A DNA stretch of 64,000 nt from Bdellovibrionota bacterium (GTDB lineage: Bacteria > Bdellovibrionota_G > JALEGL01 > JAGRMV01). A program made the translations under genes and the position numbers. Location: the NCBI GenBank assembly GCA_041391365.1, contig JAWKOC010000002.1:517300-581299 (forward strand). The letters are read 5' to 3'. Shown piece after piece: positions 11,295 through 22,389 of the stretch; position 1 is the stretch's first letter; the number at the start of each line of letters is the position of its first letter. The notes under the pieces are model-generated. The model saw nothing but the letters and a program-made list of their open reading frames with translations, made no database searches and had not been told where the DNA came from.

Positions 11295-12467
11295 ATGTCA
11301 AATTCGACACTTCGTACATTTCTTTTTACTTCGGAATCTGTGACCGAAGGACATCCTGACAAAATCTGTGACCAAGTTTCAGATGCGTGTTTGGATGCTC
11401 TGCTCAAGCAGGACCCTTATTCTCGCGTGGCCATCGAGACCATGGTGGGAACGGGGTATGTTCATTTGGGTGGAGAAGTCACCACCAAAGCTCGCGTTGA
11501 TTTTTCAGACATTGCACGCGATACCATTCGAAACATTGGTTATGTGAATTCTGAGATGGGGTTTGATGCAGACAACTGTGCGGTGATGAATTCCATTGGT
11601 CGACAATCCCCAGACATTTCTCAAGGGGTGACAGAAGGTGAAGGTCTTCACAAAGAACAAGGTGCAGGTGACCAAGGCTTGATGTTCGGTTATGCCTGCG
11701 ATGAAAACACTGAATACATGCCTTCCCCGATTTTCTATGCACACAAACTCACTCGAAAGCTCACTGAAGCTAGAAAAGATGGAACGCTTTCTTACCTCAG
11801 ACCGGATGGCAAATCTCAAGTCACGTTCAAGTATGAAAATGGAGTTCCAACTTCTGTAGATGCTGTTGTCATTTCGAGTCAGCATGAAGAAAATGTTTCT
11901 CAAGAACAAATTCAAAAAGACATTTTGGAAAAAGTCATACGCCCGTCGATTGACGATCAATTTTTGACCGATCAAACCAAATTTTTCATCAATCCGACAG
12001 GACGGTTCGTCATCGGTGGCCCCAAAGGGGACTGCGGATTGACTGGACGAAAAATCATTGTGGATACCTACGGTGGATGGGGTCGTCATGGCGGTGGAGC
12101 ATTCTCTGGAAAAGATCCAAGCAAAGTGGATCGCAGCGCATGCTACATGGCCCGATACATTGCCAAAAACATTGTGGCTGCAGGCGTAGCCAAAAAATGT
12201 GAAGTTCAGTTGGCCTATGCCATTGGTGTGGCTGATCCAGTATCTGTGATGGTCGATACGTACGGAACATCTCAAATTTCTGAAGAGAAATTATCAGGTA
12301 TCGTTCGAGAAGTTTTTCCTTTGAAGCCCAAAGGCTTGATCGAAAAATTGAATTTGCTTCGACCCATCTATTTGCCGACCGCAGCCTATGGCCACTTTGG
12401 TCGTGGATCAGACGGCTTCCCATGGGAAGCCACTGATATGGCGGATGCCATTCGGTCGATGGCCTAA
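11295..12467 (+). CDS. metK: S-adenosylmethionine synthetase
   Basis: Conserved MetK motifs ([34 protein letters not shown]). A 230-nt untranslated leader lies upstream. Confidence 0.95.
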   Translation: MSNSTLRTFLFTSESVTEGHPDKICDQVSDACLDALLKQDPYSRVAIETMVGTGYVHLGGEVTTKARVDFSDIARDTIRNIGYVNSEMGFDADNCAVMNSIGRQSPDISQGVTEGEGLHKEQGAGDQGLMFGYACDENTEYMPSPIFYAHKLTRKLTEARKDGTLSYLRPDGKSQVTFKYENGVPTSVDAVVISSQHEENVSQEQIQKDILEKVIRPSIDDQFLTDQTKFFINPTGRFVIGGPKGDCGLTGRKIIVDTYGGWGRHGGGAFSGKDPSKVDRSACYMARYIAKNIVAAGVAKKCEVQLAYAIGVADPVSVMVDTYGTSQISEEKLSGIVREVFPLKPKGLIEKLNLLRPIYLPTAAYGHFGRGSDGFPWEATDMADAIRSMA

Positions 12468-12473
12468 TGAATC

Positions 12474-12501
12474 TCCCACCATGGAATTTTCTATGGTGGG
12501 A
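12474..12501 (+). terminator. Stem-loop after metK (terminator-like, no U tract)
   Basis: TCCCACCAT-(10 nt)-ATGGTGGGA 9-bp stem, 7 nt after the metK stop. Followed by an A-rich rather than T-rich tract. Confidence 0.3.
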
Positions 12502-12530
12502 ATGCAAAAAAAGGTTAAGCTTCCATAGAT

Positions 12531-14738
12531 ATGATGTTGGATCGTACCAAAGCTGTGGAAGATGCTTTTTTGGCTTCGCTTGAGCAATCGGTTTCGGCCA
12601 AAGAATCGCCATCTGACCTTGGTTCCCAGAGGGCCTTGGCATGGTTGGAGTCCATGATCTTGTCCAGGTTGTTAGATTTACGCGCTCGCCAACTCAAAGC
12701 TACGGGAAAATCATTTTATACCATTTCCAGTGCAGGACATGAGTCCAATGTGGTTTTTGGTGATCTGTTGGCTAAGGACGATCCGTGTTTGCTTCATTAT
12801 CGCAGCGGCGCTTTGATGATGGAACGATATCGACTCGGAGAACGTGATCGAGTGATGGATACATTGTTTTCAATGTGTGCATCTTCCCACGATCCTGTAT
12901 CCGAAGGTCGTCACAAGGTATGGGGATCCAAAGATCTTTGGGTGATTCCACAGACCAGCACTATCGCATCACATTTGCCAAAATCGGTGGGTATGGCTTG
13001 GGCCATCGAAAAACTCAAACGATCGGGTTTGGAAAATCCGGTTTCGGGACAGTCCGTGACATTTTGCTCTTTCGGAGATGCAAGTGTGAATCATGCTTCT
13101 GCCCAGACAGCGTTCAATGCCGTTTCGTGGATGAGACATTCCAATTTGCCCTTGCCTTTGTTTTTTCTCTGTGAGGACAATGGTCTGGGAATTTCTGTGC
13201 GGACCCCAGCAGATTGGATTCACAAACGTTTTTCGACTCATCCATATTTTCATTATTTTGAGGCCCAAGGAATAGATCTTTTGCAAGTTTTTCGACAGGC
13301 TCAATTGGCACTCGCTACAGCAAGAGTCAAACGTGTTCCCGTTTTTTTTCACTTGAAAACACTTCGATTGTTTGGTCATGCGGGCAGTGACATGGAAAGT
13401 GTGTATCGAAGCGAAGAAGAAATTCTTTCTTCTGAAAAAGACGATCCATTGCTTCATTTTGCGCGGGATCTTCGGTCGTGGTCCTATGCGAGCGCAACAG
13501 ACATTCGAGACTTGTATTTGTCTTGCAAGCAACGCATTGTTGAAAAATCCAGCGATGGTCGACTGGCTCAGCATCTTTCCAGTGGCAACGACATTGCATC
13601 TGCATTGTTTTTGGATGATAAAACTGTTCGCAATGTTTCTGGGCGATTGGAAACACGGCGAAATGACTACTATCAATCACGAAGCAAAGAACTTCCGGAA
13701 TCGCCAGGTCACAAAAAGCGTCACATGGCTTTTTGGATCAATCAATCACTACGAGATTTGATGATTGAACATCCAGAACTCCTGATTTTTGGAGAAGATG
13801 TTGCCAAGAAAGGTGGCGTATACAATGTTACCACAGATTTGGTCGATGAATTTGGCGGACAACGAGTATTCAATACTTTGCTCGATGAACAGATGATTCT
13901 TGGGATGGCCATGGGTATGGGGCAGATGGGTTTTCTTCCAATGCCAGAGATTCAGTATCTTGCGTATTATCAAAACGCTCAAGATCAAATTCGTTCCGAA
14001 GCAGCTTCTCAATCTTTCTTTTCCAATCGTCAGTTTTTTAATCCCATGGTGATTCGGATTGCCTCTTTTGCCTATCAAAAAGGTTTTGGAGGCCATTTTC
14101 ACAATGATCATTCGATTGCATCTCTTCTAGATCTTCCAGGAGTTGTGATTGCTACACCCAGTCGTGGGGACGATGCAGCCATGATGCTCCGAACACTCAC
14201 ACACATGGCCAAGATGCAAGGGCGAATATGTTTTTTTCTAGAACCCATTGCGCTCTATATGACGAAACATTTGCATGTCGAAGGAGATGGATTGTGGGAG
14301 TGTGAATATCCCTCCATCGAGAAGTCGTTGGAGCTTGGACAAGTGAGTGTATATGGACCTTCAGATGCGAGCATTGTTCTTCTGTCCTACGCCAATGGGT
14401 TGTACATGAGTTTGCAGGCTGCTAAAATTCTCAAAGAAAAATATCAGATCGATTGTAAAGTCGTGGATCTTCGATGGTTGAAACCTTTGCCATGGGATTC
14501 GATCGAAATGATCGTCAAACATGCGAGCAAGGTTCTTTTGGTTGATGAGTGTCGTGAGTTTGGTGGACCGAGTGATCGGATTCTCAGTCATTTGATCAAT
14601 CGTGGATTGAATCGTGGCAAAACCATCAAGAGTATTCATGCCATGGATACGTACATTCCTCTTGGACCTTCGGCTCATCATGTACTGTTGCAGTTGCAAG
14701 ACATTGTTCATGCCGTTGTGGCCATGACCCAAATCTAA
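12531..14738 (+). CDS. TPP-dependent 2-oxoacid dehydrogenase E1 component, fused alpha/beta subunits
   Basis: 735 aa. The N-terminal half resembles E1-alpha (TPP-binding) and the C-terminal half resembles E1-beta (transketolase-like). No dihydrolipoamide acyltransferase (E2) or dihydrolipoamide dehydrogenase (E3) gene is adjacent. Confidence 0.7.
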   Translation: MMLDRTKAVEDAFLASLEQSVSAKESPSDLGSQRALAWLESMILSRLLDLRARQLKATGKSFYTISSAGHESNVVFGDLLAKDDPCLLHYRSGALMMERYRLGERDRVMDTLFSMCASSHDPVSEGRHKVWGSKDLWVIPQTSTIASHLPKSVGMAWAIEKLKRSGLENPVSGQSVTFCSFGDASVNHASAQTAFNAVSWMRHSNLPLPLFFLCEDNGLGISVRTPADWIHKRFSTHPYFHYFEAQGIDLLQVFRQAQLALATARVKRVPVFFHLKTLRLFGHAGSDMESVYRSEEEILSSEKDDPLLHFARDLRSWSYASATDIRDLYLSCKQRIVEKSSDGRLAQHLSSGNDIASALFLDDKTVRNVSGRLETRRNDYYQSRSKELPESPGHKKRHMAFWINQSLRDLMIEHPELLIFGEDVAKKGGVYNVTTDLVDEFGGQRVFNTLLDEQMILGMAMGMGQMGFLPMPEIQYLAYYQNAQDQIRSEAASQSFFSNRQFFNPMVIRIASFAYQKGFGGHFHNDHSIASLLDLPGVVIATPSRGDDAAMMLRTLTHMAKMQGRICFFLEPIALYMTKHLHVEGDGLWECEYPSIEKSLELGQVSVYGPSDASIVLLSYANGLYMSLQAAKILKEKYQIDCKVVDLRWLKPLPWDSIEMIVKHASKVLLVDECREFGGPSDRILSHLINRGLNRGKTIKSIHAMDTYIPLGPSAHHVLLQLQDIVHAVVAMTQI

Positions 14739-14831
14739 TGTAAGCCATACATTATCGCTAAGGGTATGGTGGACAAGCGAGAAGCTTGAGCGTTGGATTT
14801 ATAAAAAAAGCGGTGTTATAAACGTTCCACC

Positions 14832-15758
14832 ATGAGGTTGAAAGCCATACCGCAAGAACAACAGATCAAAAAACTTTGGTGTGGCATTTTGGTAGCAACC
14901 TATTTCGTGTTGCTTTGGGGAACCTTTGTGAGGGTGAGTCGATCGGGGTCGGGTTGTGGAACATCTTGGCCAGATTGTCAGGGAACGTTTTGGATTGCAT
15001 GGGATCATTTGCCTCAAATCATTGAATACATTCATCGGGCGACCTCTGGACTGTATGGTATTGTTGCCTTGGTGGCCGTGTTGTGGACATGGAGAGCCTC
15101 TACATCGGTGTTGTCACGCTTGTTGGCGTTTTGTTTCTTGGGGTTTGTTTTTTTGGAAGCATGGATCGGAAGGGCATTGGTTCTCCAAGAATATGTTGTG
15201 GACGATCATCGTTTGCTGCGAATGATCTGGATGGGGATGCATTTCTTGAACACACTTTGCTTAACCGGAAATGTGATGCTGCTCTGGAAAGGTTTGGATC
15301 AGGCATGGACAAAAGATCCGAGAGCTCTGCAAGAAAAAATCAAAAAGATTATGTTGCGTCCAATGCCGGTGTTTTTTTTGGGACTTTGCCTTTTTGGTAT
15401 CGTCACTTCTTTTTATGATTCGAGCATTGTGGTTCCTGGAAAAAGCGAATGGCTTGTCCCCGCATGGGTCAAAATCTGTCGAAACATTCATCCTTTTCTT
15501 GCGTTGGCATTTGTTGGGTTTGTGATGTGGCAGTTGGTAAGACAGGCGCATGATCACAGAGGAAAGAGTTGGATGTACTTGGCATGGGTTGTGGTGTTGA
15601 ATGCGTTGATTGGATTGTCCAATGTGTTTTGGCATCACTGGCCAGGCTTGCAGGTGTTGCATGTTCTATGTACTCATCTGATTTGGTTGATGCTGGTGCT
15701 TTATGGTTTGGAACATTCGGGATCTCCGTCGCAACACCATGAATGTTCAGGGTCATAA
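14832..15758 (+). CDS. ctaA: Heme A synthase (COX15/CtaA family)
   Basis: Polytopic membrane protein with VRVSRSGSGCGTSWPDC, matching the CtaA family motif (xVRxxGSGLxCPDWPxC). Conserved His residues in predicted TM helices. Confidence 0.7.
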   Translation: MRLKAIPQEQQIKKLWCGILVATYFVLLWGTFVRVSRSGSGCGTSWPDCQGTFWIAWDHLPQIIEYIHRATSGLYGIVALVAVLWTWRASTSVLSRLLAFCFLGFVFLEAWIGRALVLQEYVVDDHRLLRMIWMGMHFLNTLCLTGNVMLLWKGLDQAWTKDPRALQEKIKKIMLRPMPVFFLGLCLFGIVTSFYDSSIVVPGKSEWLVPAWVKICRNIHPFLALAFVGFVMWQLVRQAHDHRGKSWMYLAWVVVLNALIGLSNVFWHHWPGLQVLHVLCTHLIWLMLVLYGLEHSGSPSQHHECSGS

Positions 15759-15820
15759 GATCGATCTTTTTCCTCAAAAGAACCTTGCGGGGTTGTGGGT
15801 GGATTACAGCTTGACAAGCC

Positions 15821-15849
15821 CAGGCAAATTTGCGATAACACGGGACCTT
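15821..15849 (+). promoter_or_regulatory. Putative sigma-70 promoter of the rpsU-dnaG-rpoD operon
   Basis: TTGACA (15821..15826), a 17-nt spacer, then GATAAC, about 60 nt upstream of rpsU. Confidence 0.4.
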
Positions 15850-15910
15850 TGGAAACAGTGTTCCATAGGTAAGTGTTTGTAATAAAACCAAAAAGGTAAG
15901 TGATTAGCAT

Positions 15911-16102
15911 ATGACAGGTGTTCGAGTTCGAGACGGCGAATCTTTCGAAAGCGCATTGAGACGATTCAAAAAACAATGCGAAAGAGCTGGAATTCTTTCT
16001 GAAATCCGAAAACGCGAATTTTATGAAAAACCCAGTGTACGTCGAAAGAAAAAAGCGATCATGGCTCTTAAGCGTACAGGCAAAAAAGCCAAGTTCGTCT
16101 AA
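15911..16102 (+). CDS. rpsU: 30S ribosomal protein S21
   Basis: Conserved S21 sequence ([16 protein letters not shown]...). Confidence 0.95.
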   Translation: MTGVRVRDGESFESALRRFKKQCERAGILSEIRKREFYEKPSVRRKKKAIMALKRTGKKAKFV

Positions 16103-16196
16103 ATCATATTGTTTGCGTAGGTAAAGCCTGCTTTTGGGTGAGCAGGGCATATAGGCTTCACATTGGCTTTTTGGCTAAGATGAGGGGTTAATTTTT

Positions 16197-18017
16197 TTGA
16201 TTCCCAGTGAGGTGATCGAAAGCATTCGGCAGCGCAGTGATGTGTGCAAAGTTGTGGGTGAAGTTGTATCGCTCAAACGTGCCGGGAAAGACTACATTGG
16301 TCTTTGTCCATTTCATAAGGAGAAATCCCCATCGTTTACGGTAAGTGCGCAAAAGCAATTGTTTTATTGTTTTGGATGCGGTGAAGGGGGAACCGTTATT
16401 ACTTTCCTGATGAAATTTTATAGCCTGAGTTTTGTCCAGGCCCTGGAACAACTTGCCCAACATCTAGGAATTGACCTGGATCAGTACCAAAAAAACTCAC
16501 AAGCCCTTCAAGCGGAACGCAAAGAAAAACAGCAGCTGTATGATTTGATGGACTATGTGGCCCATATTTTCCACAAGGTTCTCAAGCACTCCGATTCCGC
16601 AGTACAGGCAAGAAAGTACCTACAACAACGGGGCCTGAGCACCGAAACCATTCAAACCTATCGTATAGGCTATGTTCCTGAGGGTTGGGACAACTTGCTT
16701 TCGGTTCTCCAAAAGGACAAAAAGAATCTCGATCAGGCCAGTCAACTTGGGCTCATTTCGAAAAAAAGACAATCAAATCAGTATTTTGACATCTTTCGGG
16801 ATCGAATCATGTTCCCTATCCTCAATGACAAAGAAGCCGTGATTGGCTTTGGAGGGCGTGTTCTGGAGGGAGAGGGGCCCAAATACCTCAATTCCAGTCA
16901 GTCCATCCTTTTTGACAAAAGTCGCACACTTTTCGGCCTAAATATTGCAACGCATTATTCTAGGGAAGAAAAAACAATGATTGTCGTCGAAGGATATATG
17001 GACCAAATCATGCTCCACCAATACGGGATTCGCAACTGTGTGGCGACCTTGGGAACTTCGCTGACCCGTGGTCATGCGCAGACCCTCAAGAGGGTCGTCG
17101 ACAAGGTGGTCATGCTCTATGATGGCGATCAGGCGGGGCTTGGAGCTGTGAAACGGTCGATGAAACCCTTGTTGGAAGAAGGGTTGGATGTGCGCGTATG
17201 TGTGATTCCTCAGGGAGATGATCCGGATAGTTTGGTTCGCAAAATTGGGGCCGAAGCTTTTGGAAGAATGATCGGTCAGTCGATTGGCATTTTGGATTTC
17301 TATCATCTTTATTTTTATCAGCAGGAAAAAAACCTGAGCCTGAAGGCGGAGCATTTTTCGGATTTGGTTCAGTGGGTGGCCCAGCTCAAAAATGTTTATG
17401 TGAAGAAAGTATTGATGGATGGTGTCAAGAGAGTGTTTTCGGTGGATGACAGCGTGTTTCAATCTCAGTCAGCGTGGAGTGATTTTCACCCTTCGGAAAC
17501 CAAGCCTCAGGTGCAAAAATCTCAAAATATTCAAAATACTTATGCTTTAGAGGAAGCTATGGTATTACGAGTTTGCGCAGAGTTGCCCGAGATGAGAAGT
17601 AGGTTTGTGGAAGAGTCGATTGTAGAGTGGTTTGAACATCCCATCATCAAAGAACAAGCCTTGATATGGTTGGATGAAATTTCTCAACCCTCTTCAGAAA
17701 ATACCCCTTTCACCGCCAGCGATTTCGTCGAAAAGTGGCCCGAGGAAGAAACACGCCCATTGATATCTAAGATTTTCATTCAAGATTGGTCCAGTGAGAA
17801 ACACGTTCTGGAAAAAATTTGGACCGATTGCATCTCAAAATTGCGAGACAGAAAAGTTAAAAATTTACACAAAGCTTTGATGGAAGCGGAAGCTTCGGGA
17901 AACGAGCAACGTTTGCAAGAGCTTTCAAAACAAATGCAGGCAGTAAAGAAACAACAAATCAACCGAGATTTGGGTGAACTAGCACCAGCGCTGGGAGGTC
18001 ATGATGAAAGAAGATAA
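16197..18017 (+). CDS. dnaG: DNA primase
   Basis: Zinc finger [13 protein letters not shown]...CFGCGEGG and a TOPRIM domain. Likely TTG start at 16197. Its 3' end overlaps the rpoD start by 17 nt. Confidence 0.92.
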   Translation: MIPSEVIESIRQRSDVCKVVGEVVSLKRAGKDYIGLCPFHKEKSPSFTVSAQKQLFYCFGCGEGGTVITFLMKFYSLSFVQALEQLAQHLGIDLDQYQKNSQALQAERKEKQQLYDLMDYVAHIFHKVLKHSDSAVQARKYLQQRGLSTETIQTYRIGYVPEGWDNLLSVLQKDKKNLDQASQLGLISKKRQSNQYFDIFRDRIMFPILNDKEAVIGFGGRVLEGEGPKYLNSSQSILFDKSRTLFGLNIATHYSREEKTMIVVEGYMDQIMLHQYGIRNCVATLGTSLTRGHAQTLKRVVDKVVMLYDGDQAGLGAVKRSMKPLLEEGLDVRVCVIPQGDDPDSLVRKIGAEAFGRMIGQSIGILDFYHLYFYQQEKNLSLKAEHFSDLVQWVAQLKNVYVKKVLMDGVKRVFSVDDSVFQSQSAWSDFHPSETKPQVQKSQNIQNTYALEEAMVLRVCAELPEMRSRFVEESIVEWFEHPIIKEQALIWLDEISQPSSENTPFTASDFVEKWPEEETRPLISKIFIQDWSSEKHVLEKIWTDCISKLRDRKVKNLHKALMEAEASGNEQRLQELSKQMQAVKKQQINRDLGELAPALGGHDERR

Positions 18018-19746
18018 AGATATAGGTCAGTTTCAGAATCTGATCGATGCGGGAAAAGAAAAAGGTTACTTGACCTATGAAGAGGTCAACCGAGTACTTC
18101 CACATGAAGTGGTCCAAAGTGAGCAGCTTGACGACATCATGGTGCTTTTTGGGGAGCTTGACATTGCGATTGTAGACAGTGAGAAACAGGGTAAAGCTCA
18201 CATCGATCGTATCAAAGCTGAACTTCCAGACAATCAAGAGTCAGAAAAAGCCCAGGCCGTTCGATCCAATGATCCTGTGCGGATGTATCTCAAACGTATG
18301 GGTGCTGTTGCGCTTTTGACTCGTGAGGGTGAAGTCGAAATTGCAAAGAAAATCGAAGAAGGAGAAGACGAAGTTCTGGAGATTTTGATTCGATCTACCG
18401 TGGGGACCAAGGAAGTTTTGCTCATTGGAGAAAAACTAAAAAAAGGCACCATTCGTGTGAAAGACTTGGTTCGTGGGATTGAAGAAGATGATGAAACGTT
18501 TGATGAAGAAGGTCATACCAAAGATGTTCTCAAACTCATCGACAAAATCAAACGCATCAATCGCGACAACACCAAATTGGTTGAAGATAAAAAGTCTTTC
18601 AAAACAACAGATAAGAAAAAAGAGCTCAGAGACAAACTGGAAAAAAACCATGTGAAGATGTTTTCGACGCTCAAAGAAATCAATTTGAATCGAAAATGGA
18701 TCAACCGAATTGTATCCAAAATCAAAAATATGCTTTTGAAAATCGAACGTGCGGAACGCTCGATTGCAGCTGCGGAAGAAAATACACAGAAAAATCTCAA
18801 AGAGCTTAAGATTCTTTTCAAAGAATCCAAAAAAGGAAAAATAGAATCCAAAAAAGTTCAAAAGACACTCAAAGATACTTCTCTGGAAGATCTGGTTGAG
18901 ATTGAGAAAAGTGTTAAAAATGCAGAAAAACTTTTGAACAAAGTCCAAGAAGATGCAGGTATGACACCCAAGCAGCTTCAAGACATGTACAAAAAATTGG
19001 AGCATGGTGAGCGAGTTGCAGACATCGCGAAGGCTCAGTTGATCGAAGCCAACCTGCGTTTGGTAGTTTCCATCGCCAAAAAATACACCAACCGAGGTTT
19101 GCAGTTTTTGGATTTGATTCAAGAAGGTAACATCGGATTGATGAAGGCTGTGGACAAATTTGAATACCGCAGAGGATACAAATTTTCTACCTATGCAACA
19201 TGGTGGATTCGGCAGGCCATCACTCGCGCGATTGCTGATCAAGCCCGAACCATTCGTATTCCTGTTCATATGATCGAGACCATCAACAAGTTGGTCAGAA
19301 CATCACGTGCCTTGGTTCAGGAGTTGGGTCGTGAACCCCAGCCAGAGGAAATCGCCGAAAAAATGGAACTTCCTTTGGAAAAAGTTAGAAAAGTTCTTAA
19401 AATTGCGAAAGAACCCATTTCCTTGGAAACTCCCATCGGTGAAGAAGAAGACTCACATCTTGGGGATTTCATCGAAGATAAAAATGCCATCAATCCAAGT
19501 GATGCGGTGGTTGGGATGAGTTTGTCGGAACAAACCCGAAAAGTTTTGGCAACCTTGACTCCGAGGGAAGAAAAAGTTCTACGCATGAGGTTTGGTATCG
19601 GTGAAAAATCTGACCATACCTTGGAAGAAGTTGGACAAGACTTTGATGTTACGCGTGAGCGTATTCGTCAGATCGAAGCAAAAGCTTTGCGCAAGCTTCG
19701 ACATCCAAGTCGTGCCAAAAAACTAAAAAGTTTCATCGATTCATAA
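18001..19746 (+). CDS. rpoD: RNA polymerase sigma-70 factor
   Basis: Conserved regions 1.2, 2, 3 and 4 (for example [32 protein letters not shown] and the region 4 HTH). Confidence 0.96.
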   Translation: MMKEDKDIGQFQNLIDAGKEKGYLTYEEVNRVLPHEVVQSEQLDDIMVLFGELDIAIVDSEKQGKAHIDRIKAELPDNQESEKAQAVRSNDPVRMYLKRMGAVALLTREGEVEIAKKIEEGEDEVLEILIRSTVGTKEVLLIGEKLKKGTIRVKDLVRGIEEDDETFDEEGHTKDVLKLIDKIKRINRDNTKLVEDKKSFKTTDKKKELRDKLEKNHVKMFSTLKEINLNRKWINRIVSKIKNMLLKIERAERSIAAAEENTQKNLKELKILFKESKKGKIESKKVQKTLKDTSLEDLVEIEKSVKNAEKLLNKVQEDAGMTPKQLQDMYKKLEHGERVADIAKAQLIEANLRLVVSIAKKYTNRGLQFLDLIQEGNIGLMKAVDKFEYRRGYKFSTYATWWIRQAITRAIADQARTIRIPVHMIETINKLVRTSRALVQELGREPQPEEIAEKMELPLEKVRKVLKIAKEPISLETPIGEEEDSHLGDFIEDKNAINPSDAVVGMSLSEQTRKVLATLTPREEKVLRMRFGIGEKSDHTLEEVGQDFDVTRERIRQIEAKALRKLRHPSRAKKLKSFIDS

Positions 19747-19770
19747 AAATCGTTGAAGTAAAAATTAATC

Positions 19771-19846
19771 GGGCCCTTAGCTCAGTGGTTAGAGCTCCCG
19801 GCTCATAACCGGTTGGTCCCAGGTTCAAATCCTGGAGGGCCCACCA
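19771..19846 (+). tRNA. tRNA-Met (anticodon CAU), elongator-type (could alternatively be the tRNA-Ile2 precursor)
   Basis: 76-nt cloverleaf GGGCCCT...AGGGCCC-A-CCA with anticodon loop CUCAUAA. The G1:C72 pair argues against an initiator tRNA. Confidence 0.85.
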
Positions 19847-19865
19847 ACATTTAGGGTGGAGAGAA

Positions 19866-20585
19866 ATGGAACAAAATATAGAAAGCATTTTGAAACTTCA
19901 ACAATTGGATCAGGAAATCGATCTGATCAAATCAGATGCGCAGGTTTTTCCCGATCGTCTCAAAGAAGTTCAAGATGAATATGATCAAAAGAAACTCCGT
20001 TTCGACGAGATCTCCACGCGAATCAAAGCTTTGGAAGCAGAAAAAGCAGATTTGACGGATACCCTTTCGTTGGAAGAACAACGTCTGGCCAAAAGCAAGA
20101 AAAAGCTCAACGAAATTTCCAAAAGTTATGAGTATCAAGCACTGAAAAAGGAAATCGAATCCACTGAGCGCAACAACACTCTTTTGGAAACGCAGATCAA
20201 GGAAAAAGAATCTGACATTGAAAAAACTTCTGTAGAAATGACCTCTGCCAAAGAGGAGTACGAAAAAGTTCAAGAGAGACTGGATGCCATTCAAGGTGAA
20301 GTGACTGTGAAAATGGGTGAGTTGGACGGTGTTCTCTCTGAAAAAACCAAAGAGCAAGAACATTTGGAAGGTGATTGTGACAAAGCAATTTTGTCAAAAT
20401 ATCGGATGATCCGCAGTCGACGTTATGCCGATGCATTGGTTCCCGTGATCAGTGGCTCTTGTCAGGGATGTTTTATGAACGTTCCCCCACAAATGTTCAA
20501 CCAGATGTTGCAAGATCAAACCAAGATTCATCAATGTCCCAATTGTCAGCGACTGATTTTTTGGAAAGAAGACGAACAAGAGTAA
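19866..20585 (+). CDS. Coiled-coil protein with C-terminal C4 zinc ribbon (COG1579-like)
   Basis: Long coiled-coil, then C-x2-C ... C-x2-C (CQGC ... CPNC) at the C-terminus. Confidence 0.6.
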   Translation: MEQNIESILKLQQLDQEIDLIKSDAQVFPDRLKEVQDEYDQKKLRFDEISTRIKALEAEKADLTDTLSLEEQRLAKSKKKLNEISKSYEYQALKKEIESTERNNTLLETQIKEKESDIEKTSVEMTSAKEEYEKVQERLDAIQGEVTVKMGELDGVLSEKTKEQEHLEGDCDKAILSKYRMIRSRRYADALVPVISGSCQGCFMNVPPQMFNQMLQDQTKIHQCPNCQRLIFWKEDEQE

Positions 20586-20595
20586 ACCCCTTCCG

Positions 20596-21021
20596 TTGGG
20601 TTTGAATCAATCCATGAGTTCTTCAGACATGTCATTCATGTATGTAGATGGTGCCAGTCGAGGCAATCCCGGGCAGGCAGCCATCGGTGTCTCCATTTGT
20701 GATCGTGATCAAAAGGAGTTGTACAACCTGAGCCAGGCCATTGGAATTCAAACCAACAACGTAGCAGAGTATCAAGCTCTGATCCAAGGCTGCAAACTTG
20801 CGCTCTCCAAAGGTGTGATGAACCTGTCGGTTCGATCAGATTCTCAGCTTTTGGTTCGTCAAATTGCGGGTCAATATCGTGTCAAACAGCCTCATTTGAA
20901 GCCTTTGGTTCAAGAAGCCAAAGAGCTTTTGGCCAAATTTGCCTCGTATGAACTGGTTCATGTTCCTCGAGAAGAGAACAAAAGAGCAGATGCCCTGGCC
21001 AATCTGGCGCTGGATCAGTAG
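20596..21021 (+). CDS. rnhA: Ribonuclease HI
   Basis: RNase H fold motifs (MYVDGASRGNPG, NNVAEYQALIQG, ENKRADALAN). The start may be one of the downstream Met codons. Confidence 0.8.
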   Translation: MGLNQSMSSSDMSFMYVDGASRGNPGQAAIGVSICDRDQKELYNLSQAIGIQTNNVAEYQALIQGCKLALSKGVMNLSVRSDSQLLVRQIAGQYRVKQPHLKPLVQEAKELLAKFASYELVHVPREENKRADALANLALDQ

Positions 21022-21070
21022 CCACTCTTTCTTGTTCACTTGAATAAAATCTCATTTTCGACTACATAAG

Positions 21071-21460
21071 AGATCTTGATCTTTAGAGGGTCGGGTGATC
21101 GCTGCAAAAGGTGAAACAAACTTTTGTGGAGGAAAGTCCGAGCTCCAGTAGAGCAGAGAGCTGGGTAACCCCCAGGGCAAGTGATTGTCGGAAAGTGCAA
21201 CAGAAAGCAAACCGCCGATGGATTGTTTCAATCACAGGTAAGGGTGAAACAGGGAGGTAAGAGCTCCCTCATGAGAGCCATGCAAGTGGCCATGCGGTAA
21301 ACCCCTCTCGGAGCAAGGCCAAATAGGAAAACACGATATGATGCTCTATCATTTGTTTTCGGGTAGGCTGCTTGAGTGTGTTGGTAACAACATACCTAGA
21401 TAAATGATCGCCGCAGATGTATTCTGAACAGAACTCGGCTTACAGACCCTCTGAAGATCT
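21071..21460 (+). ncRNA. rnpB: RNase P RNA (bacterial type A)
   Basis: Universally conserved P4 sequence GGAGGAAAGUCCGaGCUCC. Also ACAGAAAGCAAACCGCC, GGUAAGGGUGAAA, AGCAAGGCCAAAUAGG and UAGGCUGCUUGAG blocks. The terminal P1 pairing is GAUCUUUAGAGGGUC with GACCCUCUGAAGAUC. Confidence 0.92.
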
Positions 21461-21465
21461 TTCTT

Positions 21466-21909
21466 TTATTCGTCGTCAGACGAATTTTCATCTGGACTGG
21501 GAAACTTACTTACGGGACCACTGCTATACGCAGGTGTATTTTCCTTGGCGGGGGCTCTTTCTTCGAGTTTATCGACTCTTTGTTTCAATTCTTTGATTTT
21601 TTTGGCAGGGTCTTCCTTGAAACATTGTCCATTTTTGTAGAAGTATCCCAATTTTTGGCACATGGTTTCGGATGTGATCGTTGGACAGATTTCGTTGTTG
21701 GGATCTGAAAGAGAGGCTTTGGCTGTATATCCTTGTGATTGACTTCCACCGCCACATTCCTTCTTGGACATCACTTGACTCAAGGTATCGATCGTATCGC
21801 CATTTTCTTTGGACAAAATGCAACATACATCCTCGTACTGGGCCATGCTTTGCTCACATGCCAATAACAAACCGATTACCAAAAAAGATGATCGCCACAT
21901 GTTGTTCAT
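21466..21909 (-). CDS. Small Cys-rich secreted lipoprotein of unknown function
   Basis: Signal peptide with LLAC lipobox. Ten Cys residues. Acidic C-terminal tail. Confidence 0.45.
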   Translation of the reverse strand: MNNMWRSSFLVIGLLLACEQSMAQYEDVCCILSKENGDTIDTLSQVMSKKECGGGSQSQGYTAKASLSDPNNEICPTITSETMCQKLGYFYKNGQCFKEDPAKKIKELKQRVDKLEERAPAKENTPAYSSGPVSKFPSPDENSSDDE

Positions 21910-21984
21910 GAAAATATTCTATCACAACGATGGGAAAGAAAAAGTAGAATGTAAAACCCAAGAATTCCAGGTCTTTGATGGAGG

Positions 21985-22356
21985 CTATGTGGTATGGGTG
22001 GGGCTTTTCGAAAGATGGGTTTGAACACTGATCATGGTCAAACCTTCCATGACACTGGGTTTTTTTACAATGATGTCGATGTCTTTGGCTTTCGAAAACA
22101 CTTCCAACAGATGATAAGCCAATTGATGGGCCAACGTTTCAATCAGCTTGAACGCTCTTTCTGTCGACCAGTTTTGAATCACGCTGCACACATCCATATA
22201 ATCGATGGTATCCATCAAATGATCGGAAGCGGTGCATGGGTTGAAATCAACGTTGAGTTTGATCGTAATCAGCAAAATCTGAGGTTGGCTTCGCTCTTTG
22301 TCGGATACACCAATGCGAAAGGGTATTCGAAAATCTTCAATGTTGATCAATCCCAT
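21985..22356 (-). CDS. folB: Dihydroneopterin aldolase
   Basis: FolB family sequence (IGVSDKERSQPQILLITIKL...). Confidence 0.7.
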   Translation of the reverse strand: MGLINIEDFRIPFRIGVSDKERSQPQILLITIKLNVDFNPCTASDHLMDTIDYMDVCSVIQNWSTERAFKLIETLAHQLAYHLLEVFSKAKDIDIIVKKPSVMEGLTMISVQTHLSKSPTHTT

Positions 22357-22389
22357 GATTTCAACATCATCAAAAACAGCGACACAAAG

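Noticed and set aside
18436-19269. 277-aa ORF on the minus strand
   Set aside because: It is antisense to rpoD. It is an F/L-rich artefact of the AT-rich complement.
19771-19846. Possibility that the CAU tRNA is the initiator tRNA-fMet
   Set aside because: It has a Watson-Crick G1:C72 pair and lacks the three consecutive G:C pairs in the anticodon stem that are characteristic of bacterial initiators.
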